From Vicugna vicugna (lineage: Eukaryota): a stretch of 64,000 nt of DNA. Shown piece by piece: positions 62,335-64,000 of this stretch. Both the position numbers and the translations under genes were made by a program. How positions within the stretch are numbered: the first letter of the stretch is position 1; every line of letters begins with the position of its first letter. The notes beneath the pieces are model-generated. The model had not been told where the DNA came from. It did no database searches and saw only the letters and a program-made list of their open reading frames with translations. Where the stretch lies: positions 443,303-507,302 of the forward strand of contig MU057640.1 in assembly GCA_013265495.1 (NCBI GenBank), given 5' to 3'.

Positions 62335-64000
62335 TTTTGTTTTAAAAAAAAAAGTTAATGGCTTTATATGAAGTATAACTGACGTAGTATAATCTGCACA
62401 TATTTAACAGATACAGTTTGTTAAGTTTTTACATGTGTTTACCCGTGAAACCAGCACCACAGTCAATATAGTGAACATATGCATGACTCTCAAAAGTTTC
62501 CTTTTGTCCTTTGTAATCCCACCCTCCTGTTCTTCCTCCTACCTCTACCTTTCATCACTTCCAAACTGCAGGCATGCTTTCTATACTGGAATCATACGAT
62601 ATGTACTTCTTTTTTTGGTGGCTAGTAGGATGTGGTCTTCACTTTTTCTCAGCCTGGTTATTTTGAGATTATCCCTATTCTAGCAGGTATCAATGTTTCA
62701 TTCTTTTTTATGCCAAGTAGTATTCCATTGTATGGCTATATCACAGTTAGTTTATCCATTCATCTGTTGATGGATGTTTGGGTTTGTTTCCAGTTTTTGA
62801 CTATTATAAATAAAGCTGCCACGAACATTTGTGTATAAGTCTTTGTATGTACATATACTTTCATTTCTCCTGGGTAAAATATCTAGGAGTATAATGGCTA
62901 GATCATAAAGAGAGATATATGTTTAACAACATAAGAAATTGCCAGGCTGTTTTTCAAAGTGGTTGTACCATTTTATGTCCACTCCAGCAATGTATGAAAA
63001 TTCCAGTTTATCTGTATTCCCACTAACACTTGGTATGGTCAGTTTTTTTTTTTAAGTTTTAGCCATTCTAATTGTTCTATAGTGATATCTCATTGTGATT
63101 TTACTTTATACTTACCTAATTAATGTTGAGCATCTTTACATGTGCTTATTTGCCATCCATATATATTCTTTGGTAAAGTGTTCAAATCTTTGGACCATTT
63201 TAAAATTAAGTTGTTGGTTTTCTTATTAATAAAATTTGATAGTTCTTTATATGTTCCAGATACAAGACCTCTCCAAATTTGTCTTTCTTTTTCAAAGTTA
63301 TTTTGGCTATTTTAGGTCCTTTGTATTTCCATATGAGTTTTGTAATCAGTTTGTCAATTTCTACAAAAAATCTGCTGGGATTTTGATTGGGATTGTGTGA
63401 AATCTAGATCAACTTGGGGAAAACTGACAGTTCTCAATATTGAATCTTCTAACCCATGAGTATAATATTTCTCCCCACTTATTAATGTCTCTTTTAATTT
63501 TTCTCATCAATAATTTTTAGTGTCAGTGTATAGGTCATTCACATTTTTGTCAAATTTATTTATAAGTACTTAATATTTTTGATAATATTGTAAACAAATT
63601 TTTAAAAATTTAAATTTCTGATTTTTCTTTGCTAGTATACAGAAATAAAATTTTTTTATGTGTATTTGTCTTGTATCCTGCAACCTTGCTCTACTTGTTT
63701 ATTAGTTCTAGTAGCTTTCTATAGGTTGCACAGCATTTTTTACATAGTTGGTTAGTGAAAAAAGAAGACTTTTCTTTTTGATATGAATGAGTTTTGTGTA
63801 TTTTACATGTCCATCACACTGGCTGGAATGTTCAGTACAATATTAAGTAAAAATTGTAAGAGTAGACGTCCTTATGTTGTTCCTGATCTTAAAGCATTCA
63901 TTCTTTCATGATTAAGTATGATGTTAGCTGTAGGTTTCTTGTAGTTTTGTTTTGTTTTGTTTTTTTTGTAAATCAGATTGAGGATTCTCCTATTTCTAGT
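62335..64000 (-). mobile_element. Old L1 (L1MB-like) 3' end and ORF2 fragments
   Basis: Antisense L1 text throughout (ttttcaaagtggttgtaccatttt, ttttggctattttaggtcctttg, gctgggattttgattgggattg, tgttagctgtaggttt). Confidence 0.85.

Larger units (their letters stand above)
57746..64000 (+). other. DPF3: 5' part of DPF3 intron 2
   Basis: Begins at the gtgagc donor. The next exon (LAPGQLYTYPARCW...) is not seen, and the region is mostly antisense L1. Confidence 0.85.

Noticed and set aside
1..64000. CRISPR arrays, operons, defence systems or another novel multi-gene system
   Set aside because: I saw no regularly spaced repeat-spacer array and no gene-dense ORF cluster. The window is explained as a mammalian intron-exon-intron segment with ordinary repeats.

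Overview
This is mammalian genomic DNA, very probably from a camelid (alpaca, llama or camel), judged from five copies of a camelid-type tRNA-derived SINE. The window appears to lie entirely inside the DPF3 (BAF45c, double PHD fingers 3) gene on the + strand. It covers about 57.5 kb of the long first intron, the 161-bp coding exon 2 (57585-57745, Requiem/DPF N-terminal domain) and about 6 kb of the next intron. Most other recognisable sequence is interspersed repeat: L1, L2, MIR, MaLR and ERV LTRs, DNA transposons and microsatellites. There is also a 156-N assembly gap. I found no prokaryote-type or wholly new biological system, and nearly all ORFs in the supplied track look like chance or repeat-derived frames. 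Four observations stand out. (1) A candidate alternative upstream DPF3 exon (about 1886-2214) whose donor would create a split ATG in frame with exon 2. (2) Two intact MER41-like solo LTRs, one 390 bp upstream of exon 2 with a perfect STAT GAS site. (3) A chimeric SINE-L1-SINE-tail retroinsertion. (4) A 23-bp-stem hairpin in unique intron sequence. Repeat family names come from recall of consensus sequences, not from a search, and boundaries without target-site duplications (TSDs) are approximate.
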